NCBI GenBank assembly: GCA_963665295.1
Contig: OY762209.1
Location: forward strand, 32,001 to 96,000
Origin: Syntrophorhabdaceae bacterium
GTDB taxonomy: Bacteria > Desulfobacterota > Syntrophorhabdia > Syntrophorhabdales > Syntrophorhabdaceae
Length of the DNA stretch: 64,000 bases
Direction: 5' to 3'
This document shows, piece by piece, positions 9,833 to 19,039 of the stretch. The notes below the pieces were generated by a model, which worked only from the letters and a program-made list of their open reading frames with translations, searched no databases and was not told where the DNA came from. The position numbers and the translations under genes are program-made. Each line of letters starts with the position of its first letter. Position 1 is the first letter of the stretch.

Positions 9833-10102
9833 ATGAATATCCATTCGCTTACGAAACTTTTCCCCCACGGACTGACCATGCAGCCCTTCCACTATGTCGT
9901 GCTGTCCCTGCTTATCCTCTACGTCGCCGTATGTTTCGGCAGGATAGCTGCAAAGAACGGGAGGAACCCTATCCTGTGGGGTATCCTGTCCCTCATCACA
10001 CCCATAAACCTTATCGTCCTCACATACTGGGCGTTCAGCGGGAAGAAACAGAAGCGCAAGGCGGTTACCGGAAAAAAGGGTAGGAAGCGAAGCGGAGCAT
10101 GA
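9833..10102 (+). CDS. Small membrane protein
   Basis: Hydrophobic segments, IAAKNGRNPILWG, basic tail. Confidence 0.6.
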   Translation: MNIHSLTKLFPHGLTMQPFHYVVLSLLILYVAVCFGRIAAKNGRNPILWGILSLITPINLIVLTYWAFSGKKQKRKAVTGKKGRKRSGA

Positions 10103-10130
10103 AGCGTGTAGTGAAAACATCAGGCCTGAA

Positions 10131-11126
10131 GTGTTTCAGGTGAGAGAAGATATGTGTCGAAACGTTCTTGTGACTTTGCTCGTAGTGGCGACGTCATTCT
10201 TTTTCGGTAATGGCAGTTGCGCAGATTCCCTTACTGCTCTGGTCAGCCCTTATGAATCATCCCCGGTTGACTTGAAAAGCAAATATCCCGATAAATACCG
10301 GCTTCTTTACGAACAGGTGAAAAAGAGAATTTCGAAAGAGGAATTCGATACCCTCATGTCCCGGAAGGAAGGTATTGAACTGGACGAAAGACACAAAAGC
10401 AAACTTATATTAATCGTATCCCCTCGTTCCCTGGAAATCCAAAAACAACAGCATATCGCGGTAATTCCTCTCAAGGTTAACGCACAGACCTTGAAAGACG
10501 GGCTCGCATTCTTTCAGGAATATGAAGCTGTCTTTAAATCCGCATACGAACAAACCGGTGTTTTGCCCGCTGATATTGTGGCAATTCTTAACTGGGAGTC
10601 GGGGCTTGGCAAACGGAGAGGCACGTATTCCATATTCAAGATATTCGTGGCGCAATACTTCTATTTGGACGAAATCGAGAAAGAACTCTTTGATAAAGGC
10701 GCATATGAACAGCCCGGAGCCATGACCCGCCAGGACGCAATGAAAAGGATGGTGAAATTAAGGAAACGGTCACTTTCAAATCTTTCTCAGCTTCTTATGC
10801 AGGCGAAGAACATGAATTTCGATCCCCTTAGCGTAAAGGGTTCCTGGGGAGGAGCCATTGGAATCCCTCAATTTATGCCTTCTTCCATGAAGTTTGCCCG
10901 CGATGGCGATAACAACGGTATTATCGACCTCAACACGATTCCCGATGCTATTGCCTCAGTTGCCTTTTTCTTGAAATCGCACGGTTACCACGAAAAAGGC
11001 AATCTATATGCCTTCAGAAGGTATAACCCTGAAGCCGTGTACGTCCAGGGGGTCGCGCTCTATAGCTCCGAGATAGAGAAGATGGATGTCAAACCCAGGA
11101 CCGGTTGGTCCTATTCTCCTCGTTAG
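10131..11126 (+). CDS. Lytic murein transglycosylase B family (SLT_2)
   Basis: AILNWES (catalytic Glu), GSWGGAIGIPQFMPSS, DGDNNGIIDL, DAIASVA, RYN. Confidence 0.9.
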   Translation: MFQVREDMCRNVLVTLLVVATSFFFGNGSCADSLTALVSPYESSPVDLKSKYPDKYRLLYEQVKKRISKEEFDTLMSRKEGIELDERHKSKLILIVSPRSLEIQKQQHIAVIPLKVNAQTLKDGLAFFQEYEAVFKSAYEQTGVLPADIVAILNWESGLGKRRGTYSIFKIFVAQYFYLDEIEKELFDKGAYEQPGAMTRQDAMKRMVKLRKRSLSNLSQLLMQAKNMNFDPLSVKGSWGGAIGIPQFMPSSMKFARDGDNNGIIDLNTIPDAIASVAFFLKSHGYHEKGNLYAFRRYNPEAVYVQGVALYSSEIEKMDVKPRTGWSYSPR

Positions 11127-11291
11127 AACCATTCTTGCCATGAGCAAGGGACGGACATTGACCCGCACCCGGGAGAGGCTCACGCCGGCGGCAGATGATC
11201 TTTGTCGTTACCATGACGTGAAAGAATTAGTCATACTCACCCTAATGTGCTATTACTATAGTTGCCCGCAAACATCATAAGGAGGTACTCC

Positions 11292-11717
11292 ATGAAAACG
11301 TCATCATTGCATCACCTTTTCAGGGTGATGGTCATCATTGTCGGACTCTTTTTCGTCTTCTCCATAGGAATGGAATCTCTCGCCCTTGCAAGGGCGGGGA
11401 GCGGAAGGTCTTCCGGGAGCCGGGGATACAGTTCCGGCAGTTCCTATCAGAGATCAGCCCCCAGCCAGCCGCGCCCGCAGCAGGTTATGCCTCAGAGACC
11501 TCCGGTCCAGCAGCCTTCAGCAGGGAGAAGCTTTCTCTCCGGCCTCGGCGGCGGCCTCGTGGGAGGTATGCTCGGAAGTATGCTTTTTGGCGGCCATGGC
11601 CACGCTGGGGGAGGATGGGGCGGCAACCGGGGATTCGGGTTCGGAGACTTCATACTCATTCTCATCATCCTTGGAGTTGTCTATCTGGTCGTAAGATCCT
11701 TCAGGTCCCGGCGGTAG
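11292..11717 (+). CDS. N-terminal part of Tim44-domain-type membrane protein (C-terminal domain missing)
   Basis: ARAGSGRSSGSRG, GGLVGGMLGSMLFGG, TM helix, then stop. Confidence 0.65.
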   Translation: MKTSSLHHLFRVMVIIVGLFFVFSIGMESLALARAGSGRSSGSRGYSSGSSYQRSAPSQPRPQQVMPQRPPVQQPSAGRSFLSGLGGGLVGGMLGSMLFGGHGHAGGGWGGNRGFGFGDFILILIILGVVYLVVRSFRSRR

Positions 11718-12509
11718 GCAACGGTTCCTTTTGCGTCCGTCCGACGCCGATTCATATTACCAATGTGACGTGCCTCCTTGAAGCAAAGATGTTCGAGAAG
11801 GTTTTGGAGAGTGGTATCTCCAAGACGAGGGTTGGAAGGGGATTCCGATGATGGGGATACCCTCATGACGGCACGGCCGTGCCGGGATGTGGCAGTCTGA
11901 TCACGAAGAGGCCTCCATAGGGAAAACTTTCTCAACCGTCCATTCCAACCCCGTAATAAGATGGGCACTATGTCATCGCTACCTATAGTTTTCAACATAA
12001 TTTGTTGGCAACCTGTTCATAACCCGTAGAATTCGAATCGCAAGCCCTTAATTTCACTTGGAGGTACACCTCATTGCCACACCATATGGCAACAAAGAAA
12101 TATACGTTATTTCAGCTAGTTAGATATAAGATGTACACTTTGTATACAGCCCGTTGCCGAATTTCCAATCCTGAGTGATATCAGCCCATTCAACGATCTT
12201 GTTTCTTATCACAACCGGAACTATCTTATGTGACATGGAGTTACAAAACGGCAACCTGCCGGGTTTCTCCTCCGGACGAAACGCCTTGTCGGCAGATCAT
12301 GTGCAATTCCAGGGAGGAAGGGTTCGGCCCTTGATCGGCGCTCTGCAACTTCTCCGCGCCTGTCTTCGGTTTATCAGGGTATTCATGGATTGCCAACCCC
12401 GGCTCGGTAGGATATACTATCCTCCAAGGCAGCGCATCAAGGATAGGTGCTTCTGCAGACGCTTACGAACCATTAGTGACAATCTTTTTCTCACAGGGGG
12501 TATCCGATC

Positions 12510-12767
12510 ATGATCAGTTATTCGAGGCAGGTAGTCATATCCGGGTCGGTCTTGAAAGTGATGAAACAGACTCTCTCTCAAAGCGATGATGCGGAGGTGA
12601 GGCAAAAAGCCGCCAATGTTCCGACTACAGAGAACGTTCTGAGAGCGGCAACCCTCTACCCGAGTTTGGATACTGAGGCAAAACTGAAGGATTTCGTAGT
12701 TGATTACGTGCTGAACAGTCTTCACATAACCGTAGCTCAAAGGGAACATCTTAACTTCAACCTTTGA
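12510..12767 (+). CDS. Hypothetical protein, paralog of 8523-8792
   Basis: Clear end-to-end similarity to the 8523 ORF, with the same GATCATGATCAGTTATT start context. Confidence 0.8.
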   Translation: MISYSRQVVISGSVLKVMKQTLSQSDDAEVRQKAANVPTTENVLRAATLYPSLDTEAKLKDFVVDYVLNSLHITVAQREHLNFNL

Positions 12768-13068
12768 CGACCGGGGAATTCATCCCTGCCATCAGGGCAT
12801 ATGTGCAATCGCCGGTTCAAAAACAGGTGATGCCCTTCCTTTCATTAGCTTTCAGGTCTTCTCTCACAGGATATCAGACGTGCGCGAAGTCGGAGACAGG
12901 AGGAGTCCGCGTCCGGCGACCTGATTACGGCAGGAAAACGCCGCTTCGGGAGTAGAGGGTATTCGATAAACCTCTCGAAGAAAATTACCAACAAGCCTGA
13001 AAAAACCGACCTGTTCCAGGGTGCCCCGGGTACTTTAGAGACGCCCGGCAATCCCCTGTGTCTCCCTG

Positions 13069-13905
13069 CTACGACCTGTCTCCGTTGGTTGCGTCACCTT
13101 CAGAATCGGGTTTGACGGGACCTGCGTCGCGTGCCAGCACCCGCTCCAGCGCCTGGACGATCTCGACCTTGATGCGCGTGCCCGCGAGGCGGTAAAGGAT
13201 GGCAAGGGCGTCTTCAGAGGTCTTTGTTTCCTGATAGGGTCGTTGTGATGTGATGGAGTCATAGATATCGGCGACAGACACCACCTGGGCCCCCAGGGGG
13301 ATCAGGTCGCCTTTCAGGCCCCGGGGGTAGCCTCTCCCGTCGAGCCGTTCGTGATGAGCGGCGACGTAGTCTACGGCGGGACCCAGGAAATCAAGAGGCT
13401 TGAGTATCTTCGCGCCAATGGCGGGATGACGGTTTATCTCCTTGACAAGGTTCGACGGGAGCTTCTGTTCGTGGTCCGCGAAGAGGATGTCCGGGAACCC
13501 TATTTTCCCGATGTCGTGCAGGGCCCCACCCAGACGAACGTATTCCGTATCCTCCTCGTTCAAACCGAGCTGAAGGGCGATGTCGCGGGAAAACTCCGCC
13601 ACCCTAGACGCGTGGCCCTGTGTGTAGGTATCCCGCGCCTCAAGGGCATGGGCCATGGCGGTGACTACGGCTATACTGTTTTTTCTCACCGTCTCGTTGA
13701 GTTCCTTGAGTTCGTCTACAAACTGTTGAAGCTGGAACTCACGGGCCTCGACCTTGACCATCATGAGGGCCACGGCTTCGGCTATGATGCGGACGGTGTC
13801 CGGCACTTCGTCCTTGGTCAACTCCATAATGTCGTCTGAATACCGCCCCTCGGCGATATCGGAGATGATACTCAAAAGCTTCTCTTCAAGTTGGTCGGCA
13901 TTCAT
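13069..13905 (-). CDS. HD-GYP c-di-GMP phosphodiesterase
   Basis: ARDTYTQGH, LHDIGKIG, HHERLDGRGYP, ADIYDS. Confidence 0.92.
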   Translation of the reverse strand: MNADQLEEKLLSIISDIAEGRYSDDIMELTKDEVPDTVRIIAEAVALMMVKVEAREFQLQQFVDELKELNETVRKNSIAVVTAMAHALEARDTYTQGHASRVAEFSRDIALQLGLNEEDTEYVRLGGALHDIGKIGFPDILFADHEQKLPSNLVKEINRHPAIGAKILKPLDFLGPAVDYVAAHHERLDGRGYPRGLKGDLIPLGAQVVSVADIYDSITSQRPYQETKTSEDALAILYRLAGTRIKVEIVQALERVLARDAGPVKPDSEGDATNGDRS

Positions 13906-14081
13906 CGTGTTATAAACCCCATCCGGTGTATTTGGTGCAAGGCACCCATTTCTTGTACACCATGACCGGAATGGCGTCAACGGGAAACAGCGTGGAATAA
14001 CGGAAACCACCTGGAGGTGTGAAAATCAGCTACCTATGGCTCTGACTTCCCGCGCCTGTGTTCTCAAGAATCGATATTGCC

Positions 14082-14387
14082 TCAGGACAGCTCCGGTTCC
14101 ACCACATCGAGTATGTCGAGAAGAGACGCGTACTGCGTCACGTACCCACGCACATACACCGTGGGCGGCAAGGCGTCCCAGCCTCCCGATTCGATTGCCC
14201 TCAGGACCCTTTTGGTAATGAAGAGGGCGTCCTCGATCTCATCGTAGGTAATACCTTTGGCTTCCCTCGCGGACCGGAGGAGACGTCCGACCTTGTCAAG
14301 ATCGAAGGGCATCTTCTCCTTCCGGTCTCTGAGGCCCATGCGCTCCTCCGCCCTTACCCGGTAAAACGCCTCTTGTCCTATCTTCAT
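14082..14387 (-). CDS. Stand-alone RodZ-like HTH (HTH_25) protein
   Basis: GRLLRSAREAKG...LRAIESG..DALP..VYVRGYV..YA. Confidence 0.75.
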   Translation of the reverse strand: MKIGQEAFYRVRAEERMGLRDRKEKMPFDLDKVGRLLRSAREAKGITYDEIEDALFITKRVLRAIESGGWDALPPTVYVRGYVTQYASLLDILDVVEPELS

Positions 14388-14449
14388 GCAACACCTTCCC
14401 TATGTTTCCTTTCACGAAAGACCCGCTGCCCGCCGGACCGGATGTTCCC

Positions 14450-14680
14450 TTAATTCGTGCGTACCCAGCCTTTTTTTGCGAGACAACGACCTGTCTCTTC
14501 CCGGAGGGTCGCCGGTCAGGTGCCGGGGATGTGCTTTGCGGCAAAGATCTTCTTCGCAGTGGCCTGGCATATCTGTCTGTCCTTTTCAAATGCATCCACA
14601 CCTTTGGTGGGATGCCTGTACGTGGCTGAGCAGCCTCCGGAAAGAACCAGAAAGAGGATCAAAAACAGTGTCGGTTTCAC
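14450..14680 (-). CDS. Small lipoprotein with in-frame UGA at codon 55 (candidate selenoprotein; alternatively a nonsense pseudogene)
   Basis: MKPTLFLILFLVLSGG-CSATYRHPTKGVDAFEKDRQICQATAKKIFAAKHIPGT[TGA]PATLREETGRCLAKKGWVRTN*; hairpin immediately 3' of the TGA; not in ORF track. Confidence 0.7.
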
Positions 14681-14693
14681 CTCTCCCGCCGAT

Positions 14694-15011
14694 TCAGTGG
14701 ATCTTTATGGGGAATACGAGGTTGATGCCCGCAGGGGGCGGAGGCGCATAGACTACAGGCGGCGGAGCGTAGATAACTGGTGGCGGAGCGTAATAGACCG
14801 CACCCGGGGAGTAATAGCCGTGCCCATGCGGGTAATGCCCGTAATGGCGCCCGTAGTGATAACCTCCCTGGTATGGTCCGTGCCCCCCGTGGGGACCTTT
14901 GCACAGGGCCGGCGTAGTGCACATAATCAAGGCTGCAAAAGCACATACCACCGCCGTAGCCATCTTGCCCGTTGTCGAAAATAGGCCGGTCCGTCCGTTC
15001 ATGATCTTCAT
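14694..15011 (-). CDS. Secreted Gly/His/Tyr- and Pro-rich small protein
   Basis: Signal peptide, three YAPPP repeats, GINLVFPI tail; RBS GAGGAGG. Confidence 0.8.
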   Translation of the reverse strand: MKIMNGRTGLFSTTGKMATAVVCAFAALIMCTTPALCKGPHGGHGPYQGGYHYGRHYGHYPHGHGYYSPGAVYYAPPPVIYAPPPVVYAPPPPAGINLVFPIKIH

Positions 15012-15078
15012 CTCGTCCTCCTCAATCCTGTTATGCGTTTTCGATAGAAAGAACCCCCCTGCACTCTTCCACGGGCTG

Positions 15079-15558
15079 TCATTTCTTCTTTGCCTTCGGT
15101 TGACCGGGGGCCTTGAACAGCTTGTCGGCATCCCTCTTCTGTTCTTCAGACAGACTTGCGTAGAGGTTTTCGAAGGCGGAGATAAACTTCTTGAGGCCCG
15201 CCGCCTGTGCGTCGGTGACTTCACTGTACGATTTGAGGTCCTCCACGGCGTTCATAGCCTTTATCTTTTCCACCCTCACTTTCATGAGAGCATCCATGGT
15301 CTTCGCGTTTTCCCGCATCACCTGGGAGACCTTGTTCCATTGCCCGGACTGGGCGTCCGTGATTTTGAGTTTGGAATGGAGATCTTTGATCCCCGCCTCC
15401 ACACGGTCCGCTTCAGAGAGTTTCGCTGCCGCCCCGGCGGGGTCTTTCGCGGCCGAAATCGAAGGGCTCGGGGCCAGAAAGACGGCAGCAATAAAGAGCA
15501 TTGTTGCGGCACCGCAAATTATGTGGGAATGGATGGAAGGAAAAGTAATGCGTTTCAT
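15079..15558 (-). CDS. Spy/CpxP (LTXXQ) family periplasmic protein
   Basis: Signal peptide; LKITDAQ..QW and LYASLSEEQKRDAD..F motifs. Confidence 0.88.
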   Translation of the reverse strand: MKRITFPSIHSHIICGAATMLFIAAVFLAPSPSISAAKDPAGAAAKLSEADRVEAGIKDLHSKLKITDAQSGQWNKVSQVMRENAKTMDALMKVRVEKIKAMNAVEDLKSYSEVTDAQAAGLKKFISAFENLYASLSEEQKRDADKLFKAPGQPKAKKK

Positions 15559-15676
15559 AGTGTGACTCCTTGTTATTTTCGTCCTTGCCCTCCGAAAGCG
15601 AGGGCAAGGCGTTTCTACGGGTTCGGCGGTTCGGGATTCGACGGATAAAGCCGCTCCCCGCCCCTCCTGGTTAAAA

Positions 15677-15691
15677 GCAACTTCGGTGCCA
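15677..15691 (-). promoter_or_regulatory. Sigma54 -24/-12 promoter for the Spy-like operon
   Basis: Minus strand TGGCACCGAAGTTGC, consensus match. Confidence 0.8.
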
Positions 15692-16119
15692 GGAACGAGG
15701 GCAAGGCCGGAGTTCGCGGTCCCCGAAGCGCCGGGGAGCGGCAAAACAGACCAGGCCTGCGTTGGCCATTGATCAGTAAGGGATTTCGTCCCGGGACATA
15801 ATAGCGGCCGGGCAAAGGTACAGCCCCCCGGTGACGGCGCACCCTTCACCGCGGTTCCCCGCGGTGAAGGACTTCCCCTACATATTCATGGGTGCGTGTG
15901 TATGGTTTTTCCTTCACCTCGGGCCTTCTTACCGCTTTTGGGGTCATGCCCTATCCGGGCAAAGGGTGCTGATTTCGGGGGAGTCCTGGTAACCCTTAAG
16001 ACCTTCCCGTCGTTATGAGGCTGGCCCTTCCTTCACGGACATAGCAACCCGTGAGACACGGCACCGGTTGGTCCGAAGGGCTCACCCGGGACAGTCCGGG
16101 TCGAGGCGCAGAGGCCTTC

Positions 16120-16134
16120 CGGCATCACAAATGC
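16120..16134 (+). promoter_or_regulatory. Sigma54 -24/-12 promoter
   Basis: CGGCATCACAAATGC (GG-N10-GC). Confidence 0.6.
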
Positions 16135-16204
16135 AATGTCTTCACCGATACTGAAGGACCGACCGGATTCGTTCCGGAGGCGGCGCGGGGAGGCGCAAAA
16201 ACAG

Positions 16205-17275
16205 ATGGACCATGGGCAGGAGAAGGATTCGATCAGGAACTTGCTGTTCTCCGACGGTGGGACGGCAAGAAGGCAGCCGCGTATTTGTCCGCAATGCGGG
16301 ACCTGGAACCCTCCTGACGCCGAATTCTGCGGGAAAGATGGCATGAAGCTGCCGGAGCAAGGAAGGCGCGTGAGAACCCCCCTTTCCTCTCAGCCTCACT
16401 CTCCACCATCGAAGGGCGTAACCTGCACGGCAGGACCGGAGACGACGTCCCACGGGATCGCAACGCCCCGTGCCATTGACACACAACTAAGTATGAAAGA
16501 CCGGACGGACCGGATGGACCGCACGGACCCGACGGAGACGGCAAGGGGCCCGTCAAAGGACGCCGATGACTATACCGCGCCGCAAGGAAAAGCGATATAT
16601 CCGCAGACCCCGAAGGACCACCTGCTCCTCATTACCGTCTGCATCCTCCTCATTGCCGTGGCAAGCGGCGGTTTCTACTGGTACCTCTTCGTCAAGGAAC
16701 GCGCCGCCATGCAGCAGAACCTGGAGATGAGGGCGACCCTCGACAGGGAAATCGACGCGCCCCCATCGCCTCCCGACCGACTGCAACAAACAGCGCCGTC
16801 CGCTTCGCAACGTGCGGGCCCGCCGGATGTTTCCCCCACGGCCGAAACGCAGGACACCATGGGGCCCGGAAAGGCAATCGACAGCGGGATGAAATCCGAA
16901 AGGGCCCCCGCCGTTTTACGGAAGGCAAGCCGGGGCGGGGAGCGTAAAGCGAGCGAGGCGGTCAGGGACGAAGCGATAAAAAAGCGGGCCTTCGCGGCAG
17001 CACCGGCGCACGGCCAACCAAAAGACGCGTCCGACGACTTGCGGGTAAGGCCGAAAGAGGAGCCACCCGACAGGGCGAAGATTGAAAGAGATATCAACCG
17101 GTTGCTGCGCGACTCGGGAGTCGACGGCATAACCGCTGAGGTGGACGAGAATATGGTTGCCACGTTCAAGGGAACTGTGCGGCGCGGCGAAGACAGGCGC
17201 AAGGCCCTTTCCGCGGCGAAAGGTTTCAAAGACGTGAAAGTCGTCAAAGACGTTATTTTTGTTATCAGGCCATGA
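16205..17275 (+). CDS. Zinc-ribbon, single-TM, C-terminal BON domain protein
   Basis: CPQCG...FCGKDG, TM helix, Pro-rich linker, BON-like C-terminus; start chosen downstream of the sigma54 promoter. Confidence 0.75.
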   Translation: MDHGQEKDSIRNLLFSDGGTARRQPRICPQCGTWNPPDAEFCGKDGMKLPEQGRRVRTPLSSQPHSPPSKGVTCTAGPETTSHGIATPRAIDTQLSMKDRTDRMDRTDPTETARGPSKDADDYTAPQGKAIYPQTPKDHLLLITVCILLIAVASGGFYWYLFVKERAAMQQNLEMRATLDREIDAPPSPPDRLQQTAPSASQRAGPPDVSPTAETQDTMGPGKAIDSGMKSERAPAVLRKASRGGERKASEAVRDEAIKKRAFAAAPAHGQPKDASDDLRVRPKEEPPDRAKIERDINRLLRDSGVDGITAEVDENMVATFKGTVRRGEDRRKALSAAKGFKDVKVVKDVIFVIRP

Positions 17276-17300
17276 CGCAGGAAGGAAAAAGGGGGTTCAG

Positions 17301-17771
17301 GTGAAGGCAGGACTTTTGGGAAGCAAAATGTGGCTTGCAGCGGTCTTCGCTGCTGCGGCAGTCTTCGGTTGCGCTGAAATGCAGGCTGAGTGGGATCTGT
17401 TTCAGAAGGGGGTTCCTGTAAAGAAGACGGGATATTTCGGTCAAAAAGATGGAATCGTACTCTCCACGCCGGTTATCCAACCCGGGGCCGTCGCCCGGGG
17501 GGAGAAGCTCTCATACCGGATGTCCTACGCGCTCCTTTCCCCTGACGAAAGCAAGGAGTTCCTTGCAATCGAAGTGATTGCCCTTTCGGGCCCGAACATG
17601 CACCTGGAATTATCCCGAAAGACCACGAAGAAGCGTATGGGGAATCATGTCATGAAGGTTGAATTCCCCGTACCCCCGGACCTGCCGCCCGGTCCCTACG
17701 AGATCGTGAGCGTCGTCAGGGCCGGAGGACTGGAGAGGCAGCAGGCGGCCGGCTTTACGTTGAAGCGGTGA
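17301..17771 (+). CDS. Putative lipoprotein with Ig-like beta domain
   Basis: AAVFGC lipobox-like motif; FPVPPDLPPGPYEI. Confidence 0.7.
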   Translation: MKAGLLGSKMWLAAVFAAAAVFGCAEMQAEWDLFQKGVPVKKTGYFGQKDGIVLSTPVIQPGAVARGEKLSYRMSYALLSPDESKEFLAIEVIALSGPNMHLELSRKTTKKRMGNHVMKVEFPVPPDLPPGPYEIVSVVRAGGLERQQAAGFTLKR

Positions 17772-18358
17772 GAAATGCCTGTGAGAGAGGGATAGGAGGA
17801 GTTGTGCCCTGCGCGGAGTGTGGCAGAGAAAACGGACAGGGGCAGCGGTTCTGCATTCATTGCGGAATCCCCCTCGGGGCAGCGCCTGCGGACGCAAGGG
17901 TTCGGCGAAGGCCGTTCACCCCTGTTCGGAGGTCCGTGGACCGGGAATTTGAAATCACCATAATCTCGGTAGGGACGATAGCCGTGCTCTTTGCCGTGGC
18001 CTTTCTCCTGACCGGCAGAAACGTCCGGGCTATTCCCGCGTTGTTGTTTCTCTTCTTCCCCCTCATTCTGGGAGAATCCGTATTCCTGTTCAAACCCGGG
18101 AAGCCCGTATCAAGTATAGAGAAATTCCATATCTGGCTTGCGGGAAAGAAGAGGACCAACGTCCGCAGAAAACGCCCTCTCCACAAGCGTCTTTTGTGGC
18201 CCTTCCTCTTCTGCCCGACAAAAATCTCGCAATGGACGGAAAGCATAGAAGACCGCTACCTTCGCGCCGGGGTTACGATCAGCCTCTCCCTCTACGCCCT
18301 CGGCTTTATCACTCACCTCATGGTCAGCATCATCGTCGTCATTGCCTTGCGTCAATAG
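17768..18358 (+). CDS. Zinc-ribbon membrane protein
   Basis: CAECG...FCIHCG plus hydrophobic helices; GTGA overlap with the upstream gene. Confidence 0.7.
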   Translation: MRNACERGIGGVVPCAECGRENGQGQRFCIHCGIPLGAAPADARVRRRPFTPVRRSVDREFEITIISVGTIAVLFAVAFLLTGRNVRAIPALLFLFFPLILGESVFLFKPGKPVSSIEKFHIWLAGKKRTNVRRKRPLHKRLLWPFLFCPTKISQWTESIEDRYLRAGVTISLSLYALGFITHLMVSIIVVIALRQ

Positions 18359-18516
18359 GGGTTGGCGGAGCAAGAACGCATTGCCGCCGCGTCATCCTTC
18401 GCGCCGCGCATTTTCAGGGTCCCTCGCCCGTTCCATCGGCTCCGTATCTCTCGATTCGGCTCCCGGGACATGACGCAGGGAACGTACCTGACCGGCGTGG
18501 CGGACTCATAATCTAG

Positions 18517-18552
18517 TTGACTATGTCATTGATATTGTCTACTATGTAGACA
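18517..18552 (+). promoter_or_regulatory. Sigma70 promoter with tandem palindromic MarR-type operators; probably leaderless
   Basis: TTGACT-17-TACTAT ends 6 nt before the ATG; palindromes TGAC-TAT-GTCA and TGTCTAC-TAT-GTAGACA. Confidence 0.75.
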
Positions 18553-19025
18553 TGGAAAACAACGGATGGTCGGATCAGGTACCGGGACTTAAGCATGAGG
18601 GTGGAGAGGCGCACCTTATTTTTGAAATCATGCGAACATACCATGCGCTCATAAATGTCCTTTCGCGTAAGATGGGAATACCCTTTTCACGTCTCATGCT
18701 CCTCAGGGTGCTCGCTCTCGTCTTTCCCGGAGAGACGGGGATACTGGAAATTGCCCGTCGTTTACACGTCAACGGCGCTGCCGTAACCCGCCAGATCAAG
18801 GAGATGGAAGGACTCGGTCTGGTTACGCGCACTCCCGACGAGCGAGATGGCCGACGCTCTAATGTGAAACTGACGGCAAAAGGGAGAGAGCTTTTTGAAC
18901 AAATCCACCAAAGGCAGCATGAGTTTGAGACGCATTTCTCATCCGGCGAGTTGACCCTTGAAGAGGTTCGGGCGGCGGCGAAAGTGCTTTCTCATCTGCG
19001 GTTTGTGCTTGAAAAAATGGACTGA
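18552..19025 (+). CDS. MarR family transcriptional regulator
   Basis: AVTRQIKEME..GLV.R..DERDGRR...LT.KG. Confidence 0.92.
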   Translation: MENNGWSDQVPGLKHEGGEAHLIFEIMRTYHALINVLSRKMGIPFSRLMLLRVLALVFPGETGILEIARRLHVNGAAVTRQIKEMEGLGLVTRTPDERDGRRSNVKLTAKGRELFEQIHQRQHEFETHFSSGELTLEEVRAAAKVLSHLRFVLEKMD

Positions 19026-19039
19026 AGGAGGCGATTGTC

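Noticed and set aside
12240..12310. Possible c-di-GMP riboswitch near the HD-GYP gene
   Set aside because: GEMM consensus elements could not be matched.
12765..12830. TGA of the 12510 ORF followed by a hairpin, as possible Sec readthrough
   Set aside because: The paralog ends in TAA at about the same place and the extension is not conserved as protein.
16499..16541. Short imperfect 9-nt tandem repeat (GACCGGACG-like)
   Set aside because: In-frame low-complexity linker (DRTDRMDRTDPT); not CRISPR-like.
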